This document shows positions 12,143 to 23,958 of a DNA stretch of 64,000 bases, in pieces; positions within the stretch are counted from its first letter, which is position 1, and every line of letters begins with the position of its first letter. The position numbers were made by a program, and so were the translations under genes. Below the pieces are notes generated by a model. The model had not been told where the DNA came from. It saw only the letters and a program-made list of their open reading frames with translations, and did not search any database. This DNA is from Nitrospirales bacterium (GTDB lineage: Bacteria; Nitrospirota; Nitrospiria; Nitrospirales; UBA8639). The stretch is taken from assembly GCA_965203295.1 (NCBI GenBank), contig CBDBCZ010000012.1, positions 1 to 64,000 on the forward strand, read 5' to 3'.

Positions 12143-15100
12143 CTCAAAGTACTTCACAGTCTTCGAAGTTGACACCATGGGAATGAATATCCAGCCTGGG
12201 GAAGTACAGCAAGCACACAAGCAAAAGCAAGTAAGGGGCAGGTAGTTAACAGGATGCTCGCAAGTACATAATCCGAAAACATACCCACCCACATAAATGT
12301 GATATAATACTAATCTAAATATGGTCAGAGAAATTACGTCTCCGGTTAGTTCAAGAATAGGACAGTATTGGATACAAATGCTACTCCTCGGACAGTTGCA
12401 AGTTAAGTTAGTAGTTGCCAACTCTGACTTAGCATACAGAATTGTATGACAAAAGTGTGGTATACCAGCACATACTTTCCGGGACCAACAGCTCCAAGTT
12501 CTCCTAGACACCTCCCAAACTCTTCTCGAAGCTCAATACTAGTGGCTCGCAGACCTTTAGAACTGAGGACAAAGCAGCAATTTTAAAAACAAAACGTTGA
12601 GTATGGACTATGTCAGATAGACATAATTTCACTTCTTCATGAAGCGAAATCAACTTACTCTTGTTACAATCTCTGTAATGATTGGATCAACGGTGTCACT
12701 TCCTACCATGCACTTCTCCAACTCTGCCTGTATGAACTGAACAGAAATTGTTTTAAAGCTTACATGAACATGCACTGTATGTACAGTTCATATATTGATA
12801 ATAATACAAATAACTAAATACTGCACTAACTCGATTGGATCTCAACAGTCTGTGTAGTGCTTTCAATGCATCCATTCTCACGTCAGAACGCCCATGGCAT
12901 GCCCCTCTTAGGACATGTTGTAGTTGTGCTTTCAATGCATCCATTCTCACGTCAGAACGCCCATGGCATGCCCCTCTTAGGACATGTTGTAGTTGCTGGT
13001 GAAGGCTGGAAAAGGATAGTAGCAACTATATAGGTTAATGCACGATTTAAGTCCAGCCAACTCATTCAGCGCATGCTCCTACAATATTATGGGTTCTAGT
13101 GCAAATAGTAGTAGTGGTTTATATCAACAGCAGCTTACTAAGCTCCATTACACTGTTCCTTCTAGCTTCCACGTACAAACCTCCAATTAGAATTGATGTA
13201 GCTATAATTAACAGCTGTACAAACCAAGTGAATGCAAAGCATTGCGTAGCCTCGTAAAAGTTTTAAAAGTTGAATTGGATCATGGATATGTCATATGTGA
13301 ACTGAAATGTTGTATTGAATCATGGATCCAAACAATATGTAGCATGTGGGCCGCATGCATGCATAAACATATGTACACACACATATGTACACACGTATGT
13401 ATGCACTGAGAAATTCTCAATTGAACACACTAGTGTGAATAACAATCCGTGACCTCATTTCCTGCTTCTACCTATGACATCCCACTCACATGAACACTTC
13501 TGTCCTGGAACAAGATACCTTTTTGATGTATACGAGTGTTTCCTAAGCTCAGTGTTGATGCAAGCAAGAGACAGCACATCTGGCATGAAGTAGATCTCAT
13601 CAAAGAAAGACCCAAGAACCTCTCTGAAAAAATTAAAACAGCAATTACTGAAACACATACATGGCATTTTATCTAGTGCTATTTTTGGTGAAGTTCCTCG
13701 AATATCAAGTACTCACTTGTTCTGAATTATAAGAAAATCAAAGATTTTTGATACAGTTGCTGAGTGGTGATCAGCAAAAGGAGAGAGTGTAACCACTATC
13801 TGACCAAACAAGGGACCCAAGGATTCCAGGTCCACACTAGAGGGAAACAACATACTCTTAAAATCATGATGTTACTGTACTTTACGTATAAAGATTACAT
13901 AGTCATGTGTGGTATAGTAACAGCGTCATCGCGCCACGGGGAATCCTTTTTGGAATAGTTCCCATCCTTCTATAGGGGAATTATGGGGTATGCCCCACAG
14001 CAAATTATTACAAAACAACTGGCCAAAGATTGAATCTGGTGGGTTTTGGTAGCTTAGCCGACTACCACGAGTTTGTGTCCAAACCACAGCACAGTAACAT
14101 GTGTCAGCACAGCTAAAACTAAAAGTATTTATGTAGGTGTTGCGAGTACAATTGATCAGGTGCCATTGTACCTTGTTTTAATGCAGCATAATTTTTCAAA
14201 CTCTTAAGGGCTATGAAGGGAAGTCAGCCCCACCCCCCATCCCCCCCCATGTATGAAACCATGCTAATAATTGGCACATTCGTCAAGTCATGTTCAGTGG
14301 TAACCGGATGTCTACAAAAGAGACTAGTGATTCCATTTAAAAGTAGTAGAAATAAGTAATTCTTAGCCACACAGAACTATACAGAGAACTCACTGCACTT
14401 GAACTCGACTTTAGCATCTCAAGGGTAGGTAGCAAGTCTGCCAGATCTGCTACCTACCCTTGAGAAGCTACCTTCTCAGCTGATTTTGAGTGTTATTTCA
14501 GCTGAGGAGTTGAGTGAAACACCCAAGGATCAAACAGCTTTACAAACAGGACAGGGCAAACTAATGCAACTGCAGACTAAATGTACATGTACATATAACA
14601 GGCTAAGGCTGAGATTTGTTGTACACTTGCAGTTAACAGCTGTAACCTACTAAAACAGGATTAGCATGGCTGTCTAGGACTAAACTTGCTGTAGTTTGGT
14701 CTACAAACCTTTCAAAACTACTGGTAGACTACGTACATGCACAGTTGCATAGAATGTGTGTTAAGTGCGGAAATACAGACACCAAACAGACAGACAGACA
14801 AAAAAATGCAGAAAACTTGAAGGCATCATACGCTTTGAATGCACCCAGCTGGTAAAAAGCACTACAACTTGAAACAACAAAGAGAGGACAGTATGAATTA
14901 GTTCTGCTATACAGTGGTCTAGGCACACGATACTAGATGTAGAAAGAAATGTACAGAAATACATGTACATTTATGTAGGAAGCCTTGCGAATAGTTGTGA
15001 TACAGGGATCTCAATCCTTCGTATTGTAAGTCTGAATATTATTGAGAAGTTGAAAATATTTCCGAAAAAGAGCTTCCAGAAATTGAAACTTCCTTGAACT

Positions 15101-16859
15101 AGCAGCGACTAACCACACAAGACAGCCACTCAGTGCATTGCAAAAACAATATCCCCATGAGGTAATTGTCAATGAGACCTGTTGTGAAGCTTCGTGTGAA
15201 GTTGGCATTCTGAACTTCATATACAATCCACTCATAAAGCTATAAGCATTTATGAGCCTTCATGAAGCTCATGTAGACACATGCAATTGAGTGCAATGTA
15301 TACCATCCTTCGAGAAATATGTATGTGTACACATCTCTGAAGTTCATGTACACATAGAGTAAGTTACTGATGATCAGACACGCTAGCGCTGAGCATGTAA
15401 ACTATCGGAAGTGGGCTGAGCACTCACTTGACAGTACAGAACCTTCGCACTTCAAGTTGAAATTTTGGTGTTCCTTCGTTGTTTGCCTTCCAAAGTTTGA
15501 ATTCTGACAAAGCTATGATCAGACAAATGTATGTATTATTGGACTTCGTTCCATGTTTCCTCCCTGAAGTAACTTCCAGTGACCTTTCTTTATATATTGG
15601 GAAGCCCCACTACTATGCTGCTGCACGCCAACCTTTCGCCATCGTAGCTGCTTTGAGCACTGAGGGGTGCTGCTGAATGTAGAGACGTACGTGTCACTCT
15701 CTCCACTATCGGACAGTGAATTTGTTTCTTTTTCAGTGTAGAGACCCCACAACACTCTCTAATGTTAGGATGGGAATGTACAGACACTTAACAACACAAA
15801 AGTTCAAGTCTGTTGTTTATACGTTGTGTCCTTCCTGAGATAGAACTGTTTTATCTGATTTCATCCACTAAAAGCCTTAATTCAGCATCATAAGTTTTAA
15901 AATAAATGACTCTATCTCTCTCTATCTCGAGAACCATGCAATGTATAAACATCGGGCTTGCACTGTTGTGATGCTAAGCACCTGTATTTAACAACAATAT
16001 CCAATTCCTTAGTGTTATAGAGTGTTTTTGGGTCTCTATACCAAATAAAGACGAAATTCTCTGTCCGACTACAGAGGGGGTGATACGGCTCTACATTCAG
16101 CAGCACCCCTCCCTGCTCAAAGCAGATACCATGGTGAAGAGTTGGCATGCAGCAGTATGGTAGTGGGGCTTCCAAATAAGGAAGGAAGGTCACGCGAAGT
16201 TACTTTAGGGAAGAAACATGGAACGGAGTCCAACAATACATACATTTATCTGATCATAGCTTTGTCAGAATTTAAACCTTGGAAGGTTATAGCTCCAGAA
16301 CCAAGCAAGACGGAACACCAAACTTTCAATCAAAATGTGAACGGTCTGTACTAGCGATCGAAGCCTCTGCTCACTTCCGGAAATTTATGGATTCTCAGTG
16401 CTAGCGCGTCTGAGTGTACATGTACCTGGTGTTATTAACTCTATTATGCCAACTGCTTTGGACTGAAGCTTCACGTACGTGGATATAGCTACATGTATCC
16501 TTTGTGAAGTTTCATGAAAGTTCACAAGAGAATATTTGCAATGAGAGTGGTTTTATGAAACGTTGTGAACAGTTTCGTGCAGCTCTCACAAATAATATTT
16601 GCTATGAAAGATATTTCTTCAGACTCTGACCTACGCCACTTCCACTGGTGGCACAGTAAAGACAATGCCAACTCACCATCTGCTTCTCACTGTCCATTTG
16701 CAGTGGTTTCTCCTCTCCAGCCAACTGGTTCATCTCTGCAAGCATCTTTATCCCAGCCAGTACTCTCTCCCTGTGAGTGCTCAAGTGGAGTAGTAGGAGA
16801 TTGAGGATATTTTTCATATTTGATCGAAGCAGAGTGGTCATCTCAAAGTCTCCCTCAGA
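12143..16859 (-). pseudogene. ATR: Internal fragment of serine/threonine kinase ATR (UME/HEAT region), copy 1
   Basis: GT-AG exons at 16859-16677 (SEGDFEMTTLLRSNMKNILNLLLLHL), 14848-~14817, 13836-13717 (VDLESLGPLFGQIVVTL..IFDFLIIQN), 13623-13519 (FFDEIYFMPD), 13005-12831 (DVRMDALKAL), 12736-12659 (DTVDPIITEIV), 12562-12476 (GRCLGELGAVGPG) and 12195-12143. They are collinear with remembered ATR motifs (LHEIYFLPD, DVRIHAL, GECLGELGAIDPG). Frame disruptions are present and no kinase domain was found. Confidence 0.85.
15180..16600. mobile_element. Diverged foldback element in an ATR intron (second copy ~57990-59410)
   Basis: Imperfect inverted arms of ~400-600 bp, e.g. ctgacaaagctatgatcagacaaatgtatgtatt versus aatacatacatttatctgatcatagctttgtcag. 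Outer boundaries are approximate. Confidence 0.75.
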
Positions 16860-17099
16860 CTGAAAGTGCAAAGTGGATGTCAAAAACATGTTACAAATTA
16901 ACTTTCCCCTTTTCTGTATTCACATCATGCACAATACAGAGCTCTAGCTGTTATTAATACACCCTGGTTTTATTTATATAACTGGTAATCAAATGACTAT
17001 ACACGTACATGTATGTATACCCACATAAACATATACACACATCTGCAACACCTTCAAATCTGGATGCAATGTTGAGATCTTTCTGCTGCCCATTACGAC

Positions 17100-17285
17100 A
17101 ATGGTCACAGCTCCACAAAATGCTCACAACTCCAGAAATTGCTCACAACACTGGATATTGCTCATAACCCCTAAAAGTACTCACAACACTGGATATTGCT
17201 CACAACTATATCAGAAAATGCTCACAACTCCAGAAAATGCTCACAACTATCAGAAAATGCTCACAACACTGGATAATGGTCACAT
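17100..17285 (+). repeat. ~20-bp minisatellite (aaaatgctcacaactccag-like); copy at 59909-60094
   Basis: The gctcacaac core recurs about 9 times. Confidence 0.85.
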
Positions 17286-18169
17286 AGAAATCACCAAACA
17301 ATAGCAAGCTTATAATACAGAAATCATATAAGACAGAAATACGTATTATATACATAATTATCTATTGTTATCCAGGGCAACTGGAGTCAATATATAAGGA
17401 AGCTGATGAATGTCTTGCAAGGTTCTTGCACCAGATCTTGCAGGATTTTTCTATGAGTCACGCAAATTTTAACACAAGATTCTAACACCTTGCAAGATTT
17501 TTGTTGCATGATGAGAAGTTTTGCAAGGGCTTGCAAGAAATAAAATGCAAGATCATGCAAGAGGCCAAAATCCTTGTGAGTCCTGCTTAGGCAAGAAGTC
17601 TGCTAGATAACTTACAAAATTCTGCAAGACCTTGCAAGGAAATTCTGCATTTCCCAACATGAGGATTCTACACAAGCATCTGATAAAATGGTTCTTTTTT
17701 GTCTGCCATCAAAATGAAACCCTTCTTCTGATGTAGTACCTCCACAAGAAACTGCAAAACATGTACCAAGATTCCCAGTTAAGGTCATATCCAATAGCAG
17801 ACAAGGCCTACAAGTTAATGTACCTGACAAACATTGTCCTCTAACAGGGACAGCATCTTCCCAGGGGTTAGTGTATGAGCTTTTGCTATTCTGGGAACCT
17901 GTGAAGAAAATAGCTATAAATAATACACTTGACATTTAAATGATATATACCTACAAATAGTTTACAATCTGACAGCAACTGTACATATTTACAGTTTTTG
18001 AAGGAATTAATCACCTTTTTAATACATTCTGTGTTAGTGTATATATATGGACAATCATGTACAGGTGTTTTACACAGTAAGTTAGACACACGTACATGCC
18101 CATACACACAACATCGCATACGAAGAGAAGGGAGAGAAAATTTTCTGTGTTGTATGATGAACTTACGTA

Positions 18170-20880
18170 GACGCATTTGAATTTGGGAGCGTCTCATCTT
18201 TTCAGAGCTTCTGATAAGAGACATAACCAGCATACTTCCAATACTTGTTTCATATTCTAATATTTGAGTTTCAATTTCGGGAATGATTGTACCTCTTATA
18301 AGATACGATACATGCACTGCATTTTAAAAACCATTATAGGCAAAATTACTGTGTTTGACTTTGGGGAAAGTTTCACTCTTTGTCAGCGTTTTTGACAGGA
18401 CAAACACACTACATTTTATACCATTTTATCCTAAATCTTTGCATTTTAATTTCGGGAACGTTTCTGCTCATCGTGCATGTTTCCGTCGATATATAACTTT
18501 ATTTTCAATACCCTTGTATGTTAAATCATTGCGTTTATACTTTGGGAACGTTTCTGCTCATTTCAAGCGTTTCTAACAAGACTATACACAGCATTTCACT
18601 ACAATTATATCATGCTGAAGCATTGTGTTTTAATTTTCGGGAACGTTTCTGCTCTTCGTAAGCATTTCTGACAAAACACATGCACTACATTTTCAATGCC
18701 TTACTTTATATCATTGTGTTTGAATTTTTGGAGCGTTGCTGCTCTTTGTAAGCGTTTGTGACAACATATATACACTGCATTAGCAAAGCATTATATGTTC
18801 AATCATTGTGTTTGAATTTTTAGGACGTTTCTACTTGTTATCAACGTTTCTGACAAGTTATGTACACTGCATTTTAAAGACCCTTATATGGTTTGAAATT
18901 CAGTCGCGTTAATTGCTACTCGTTTTCAACGTTTCTGGCATGATTATAATGTCCACCGAATCTTCAATACACTTATATTATATGCTAAATGATTGTGGTT
19001 ATAATAATTTTATCGGAAGCATTTCTGCTCTCCGTAAGCGATTCTGACGCCGTATTAACACTGCATTTTCAAGGCCATTATATGCTAACTATTGTGTTTG
19101 AATTTCGGGAGCGTTCCTGCTCTATGTTAGCGTTTGTGACAACATACATAAACTGCATTTTCAATACTTTTATAGGCTAAATTAATGTGTTTAGAATTCG
19201 GGCACGTTTCTGCTCATTTTGAACCTTTCGGAAAGCTTCTACTAGTTGTAAGCATTTCTGATAGGACATATAAACTGCATTTCGAATGCATGCGTTTTTA
19301 TGCTATGTCATTGTACTTACATTTCATGAAGGTTTCTGCTCATTGTGAGCGTTTCTGGCGACTGCATTTTCAATAATTACATAGGCTAAACCATTGTATT
19401 TGAAAATTGGGAGCATTTCTGCTATTTGTAAGCGTTCATGACAAGACACATGCATGCTGCATTTTCAAAAGTTTTTTATGCAAATTCATTGTGTTCAAAA
19501 TTTGGGAGCATTTCTGCTCTTAGTAAGCATTACTGACAATATATTTATACACCGTCTTTTATATGCGAAATCATTGAGCTTGAACTTCAGAAAGTTTGTA
19601 GTCTTCGTGACCGTTTATGCAAGATATATGCACAGCATTTTCAATTTCTTTATGTGCTAAACGATTGTTTTTGAATTTCGAAAGCATTCTGCTCTTTGTA
19701 ATCATTTATAACATTCAAGGTACATGCACTGCATTTTCAATTTCTTTAATTGCAAATTCGCTATAATGTTGGAATTTGGAGATCGTTTCTGACAAGATAT
19801 ATACACTGCATTTTTAATGCCATTATATGCTAAATCATAGTGTTTGAAGTTCGGGAGCGTTTTTGCTCTTTGTAAGCGTTTCTGACCAGATATATCCACT
19901 GCACTTTCAGTAGCTTTGTATCCTAAATCGTTGTGTTTGAATTTTGGGAACAGTTTAGCTCTTAGAAATTAGTAATCTTTTTCGACTAGATACTTGTACA
20001 GTAACTACATTTTCACTATACCATTAGAGCCAACATGATTTCAGGAGCGTTTCTGCACTTTGTGAACATTTTTGACAAGATGCATGAAGTGCATTTTCAA
20101 TTATTCAACTGAATATTTATACATTAGTTTATACTAAAACATTGTGTTTGAATTTTAGGGGCGTTTCAGCTCGTTGTGAGCGTTTCTGATGAGGATATAC
20201 ACTGCATTTTCTATGCCAGGTTATGCTAAGTCATCGTTTTTTGAATTTTGAGCACGTTTTTATTCTCTGTAATTACGTAAGCGTTTCTGACAAGATATAC
20301 ACACCGTATTTTCAGTATCTTTATATCTTATGTCATTGTGTTTGAATTTTTGAAAAGTTTCTGATCTTTGTAACGTTTCTGACAAGAGATATATCCTACA
20401 TTTTCAATACTTTTATATGCCAAATCATTGTGTTTAAAATTCGGGCACGTTTCTGCTCCTTTTGAAAATTTCTGACAAGACGTACACACTGCATTTTCAA
20501 TACCTTGATATAAATCATTTTTTGGGTGAGTTGCTGCTCTTTGTGAGCGTTTTTGTTCATACATATACAGCATTTTCAATACCATTATACATTATACCAT
20601 TGTGCCTGAATTTTGGAAGCGTTTCAGCTCATTGTGAGCGCTTCTGACAAGATATACAAGGTATAACCACTGCATTTTCAATTGTATTGTAATTATGCTG
20701 ATCATTGTTTGAATTTTGGGAGCGTATCTCGGCTGTATCTGTCGGTCAGTTAGTAATAATGCATATGCAAAATCATAGTGTTAGAATTTTGGGACTCTGT
20801 GTAAGTGTTTCTGATCATGACCAAACACATGCACTACATCTCCAATGCCTTTGTATGTGTTTGATTTTCGGGAGAATTCA
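18170..20880 (+). repeat. Degenerate ~90-bp satellite array (about 30 units)
   Basis: Recurring atcattgtgtttgaattt / gcgtttctg / cactgcattttcaa motifs with a period of ~90-93 bp. Shorter arrays lie at 9165-9625, 22400-22740 and 52000-52440. Confidence 0.92.
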
Positions 20881-20955
20881 GGTAACGGTGGCAGATGCCA
20901 TTGGGTAAATACTATTCAAAGTATGCGCAAATTGCAGAGATGACTGTATACTTAA

Positions 20956-21943
20956 GGTTATGGGATACTGGCCCGCTTTGATTTAATTTGTAGTGAATGC
21001 ACAATGAATATCTTTGCAACTATAGGCCCTACAGCCACGATCTTTTCAGCATTTATTCATGGCCACTAGTTGTGTACTCAGTACAGAAAGCTTGTCTGTG
21101 GGCCCCTCCCTTGTTTAGATAGCGGTAAGGCCACTCCAAATTACACTTTAGTTTCCCGTCCCCCTGAATGCTATAAAAACAAGCGGGCGGGCGGTTGGTT
21201 TTTATTATCCATTATTCTAAGTGGGTGTTTAACTCTAGGAGTACAAGATGCAAAGAACAGCATCCTTACTGCACGAGGCAAGCACAAGTGCGGCCGGATG
21301 AACGCGAGACAAAAATAATGACGAATAATGAAAAAGAATGCGGTACCCTCAGAAGCGTGCGGGCGGTGGACGGGAAACTAAAGTGTAATTTGGAGTGGCC
21401 TAATGGAGGGTTCAGCTGCTCACAATAATTTTTCTCGCCAAAAATCGCTGGAGCCACTGCTGTTACTAGGCCACTACAGCTCTCTAAGGCTTCCTCACTA
21501 TATTTATGAGGGACTGACGAAGGCTTTTTTTGTAGTTTCTCTCTGATACAGGAGATACAGCCTCTTAAACCTAAGAAGGTGTGGTCCAGAGCGCTCAGAG
21601 CCATACCTATTCACTTGCCATTCTGTTGGTGTAAATAATTGCTTCAAAAGCCTTCGTCAGTCCCTCATAAATATAGTGAGGAAGCCTTAGAGAGCTGTAG
21701 TGGCCTAGTAACAGCAGCGGCTTCAGCGATTTTTGGCGAGAAAAATTATTGCGAGCAGCTGAACCCTCCATTAGCGCTATCTAAACAAGGGAGGGGCCCA
21801 CAGACAAGCTTTCTGTACTGAGTACACAACTAGTAGCCATGAATAAATGCTGAAAAGATCGTGGCTGTAGGGCCTATAGTTGCAAAGATATTCATTGTTC
21901 ACTCACTACTTATTAAATCAAAGCGGGCCAGTATCCCGTAACC
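20956..21943. mobile_element. Kolobok-like foldback MITE with TTAA TSD
   Basis: TTAA at 20952-20955 and 21944-21947, termini ggttatgggatactggcccgc and gcgggccagtatcccgtaacc, ~300-bp TIRs. The second copy starts at 63765 and runs off the window. Confidence 0.8.
21129..21400. mobile_element. PIF/Harbinger-type MITE with TAA TSD
   Basis: TIR ggccactccaaattacactttagtttcccgtcc, TAA at 21126-21128 and 21401-21403, and an empty site at 63935-63937. Confidence 0.9.
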
Positions 21944-23958
21944 TTAATTGCTCACCTCGAGACACAGCCTCAGGGCATTTGATGAGAGGCGGAGAGCTTC
22001 TCTGGACTCCAGTAGTCTCCAGTCTCTGTGCTCTCCCGGCTGGCTCGGCGTTATGCCTCTCTGGAGCACGGGCACTCTCCTGCGTCTGACGCCGTCTTCC
22101 GGCCCTGCCGCAGTTCGGCAAATTGTGCTGTCAACAGCTCGATATTTCTCTCCCATTTGTCGCGGGCCGGGTTCTTCGCAAAACTCAACTTCAGTATAAT
22201 AATTATAGAACTCAACTCCAGTATCCAGTGTAGCACGTATACACATCACATCACTCACATGCACAAAATGCAACGGACTATTTATACAGTTTTCCAAACA
22301 ATGGTGTCTCTGGGTACAAGTCTGACACTAATATTTTGTAACAATTACAACAATGGCTATCTTTGTTCTATGACTAACATGTGATAGCTGGTAGGTCTGT
22401 TACTTTGTAAGCGTTTGTGACAAAATAGATACTGTAACATTTGTACTGCATTTACAATAACACCAATATTATGCTCAGTCGCTGTGCTTGAATTTCGGGG
22501 ACGCGTTTGTGCTCGTTGTGAACGTTTCTGACAAATTGTATACACTGCATTTTGTGACCTTTATAATTATTGTTAGTATAATTTCGGGAATGTTTCTGGT
22601 CATTGTAAGCGTTTTCGACAACATAGACACTCGTCTACATTTTCAATATCTTTATATGCTTAATCATTGTGTTTGAATTAGGGGAGATATTCTACCCATT
22701 GTTAGTCTTGAGTTTTAGTATTAAGACCGTGTTTCTCGACTTGAAGTAGCAGAATGAATGCTAGGGTGGTTCCAAAACTAATGCTATAGCAACACCTGTA
22801 CGGCAAGTATACATTAGAACCACAAAAGAATGCGTACAGTGCATTTACATGTTAACTAAGGTGTTTCAAACTAAAGATACAAAAGGACTAAGCCGGGTGG
22901 CAAGTAAATAAATGGTGCAAACTAACATTTGTCAATATCACTAATGGTGCCAACAAGTGTTTTGCTGAACTTTGTCCCATTTGTTATTCCAAGCAGGAAG
23001 CGTTCCATAAAAGAAAGTGTGTGCATACATGGTGTGGGATAGGCAATGTCGAAAACATAATACACTGCTATAAGGGCAACAATGGCCTTGTATATACAGC
23101 GAAGGCAACTCAGCCAACAGTTCTTTCTCCGCGACAAGGAAGAACTGCATGTCCATGCACTGCCAAACTGAATCAGGTACGGTGTTGAAATGCCACCTGA
23201 TATCTTGGCATCGAGATCTTCACTATCCTGGTTAAAGGAGAATTAAAAGCAACAAATTGTTATCCAGGGCAACTGGAGTCAATATATAAGGCAGCTGATG
23301 AATGTCTTGCAAGGTTCTTGCACCAGATCTTGCAGGATTTTTCTATGACTCACGCAAATTTTAACACAAGATTCTAACACCTTGCAAGATTTTTGTTGCA
23401 TGATGAGAAGTTTTGCAAGGGCTTGCAAGAAATAAAATGCAAGATCATGCAAGAAGTGGCCAAAATTTTTGTGAGTCCTGCAAGAAGTCTGCTAGATAAC
23501 TTACAAAATTCTGCAAGAAAGCTATGTTAGAACATTGCAAGACCTTGCAAGGAAACTCTGCATTTCACAACATGAGGATTCTACACAAGCACCTGATAGA
23601 ATGGTTCTTTTTTGTCTGCCATCAAAATGAAACCCTTCTTCTGATGTAGTACCTCCACAAGAAACTGCAAAACATGTAGCTACCAAGATTCCCAGTTAAG
23701 GTCATATCCAATAGCAGACAAGGCCTACAAGTTAATGTACCTGACAAACATTGTCCTTGAACAGGGACAGCATCTTCCCAGTTGTTTTTAAAATTCGGGC
23801 ACGTTTCTGCTCCTTTTGAAAATTTCTGACTGACATATACACTGCATTTTCAATACCTTGATATATAGATAATTTTTTGGGTGAGTTGCTGCTCTTTGTG
23901 AGCGTTTGTGTTCATACATATACAGCATTTTCAATACCATTATACAAACGCATAAACT

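Larger units (their letters stand above)
9158..21465 (+). repeat. Segmental duplication unit, copy 1 (matches 51993-64000)
   Basis: ORF track and sequence are collinear and near-identical at offsets of 42802-42874, constant at 42809 from ~13.9 kb to 21128. Confidence 0.97.

Noticed and set aside
17040..17100. Possible extra upstream ATR exon (CRNGQQKDLNIASRF)
   Set aside because: The position fits, but similarity is weak and no clean splice sites remain next to the minisatellite.
17612..18317. ORFs of 107 and 143 aa repeated in several copies
   Set aside because: Conservation reflects recent DNA duplication. The frames break in the 7295-7849 copy and no domain was recognised.
18170..20880. 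~90-bp array as a CRISPR array or a repeat-protein gene
   Set aside because: Whole units are homologous along their length with no spacers, and stops and indels break all frames.
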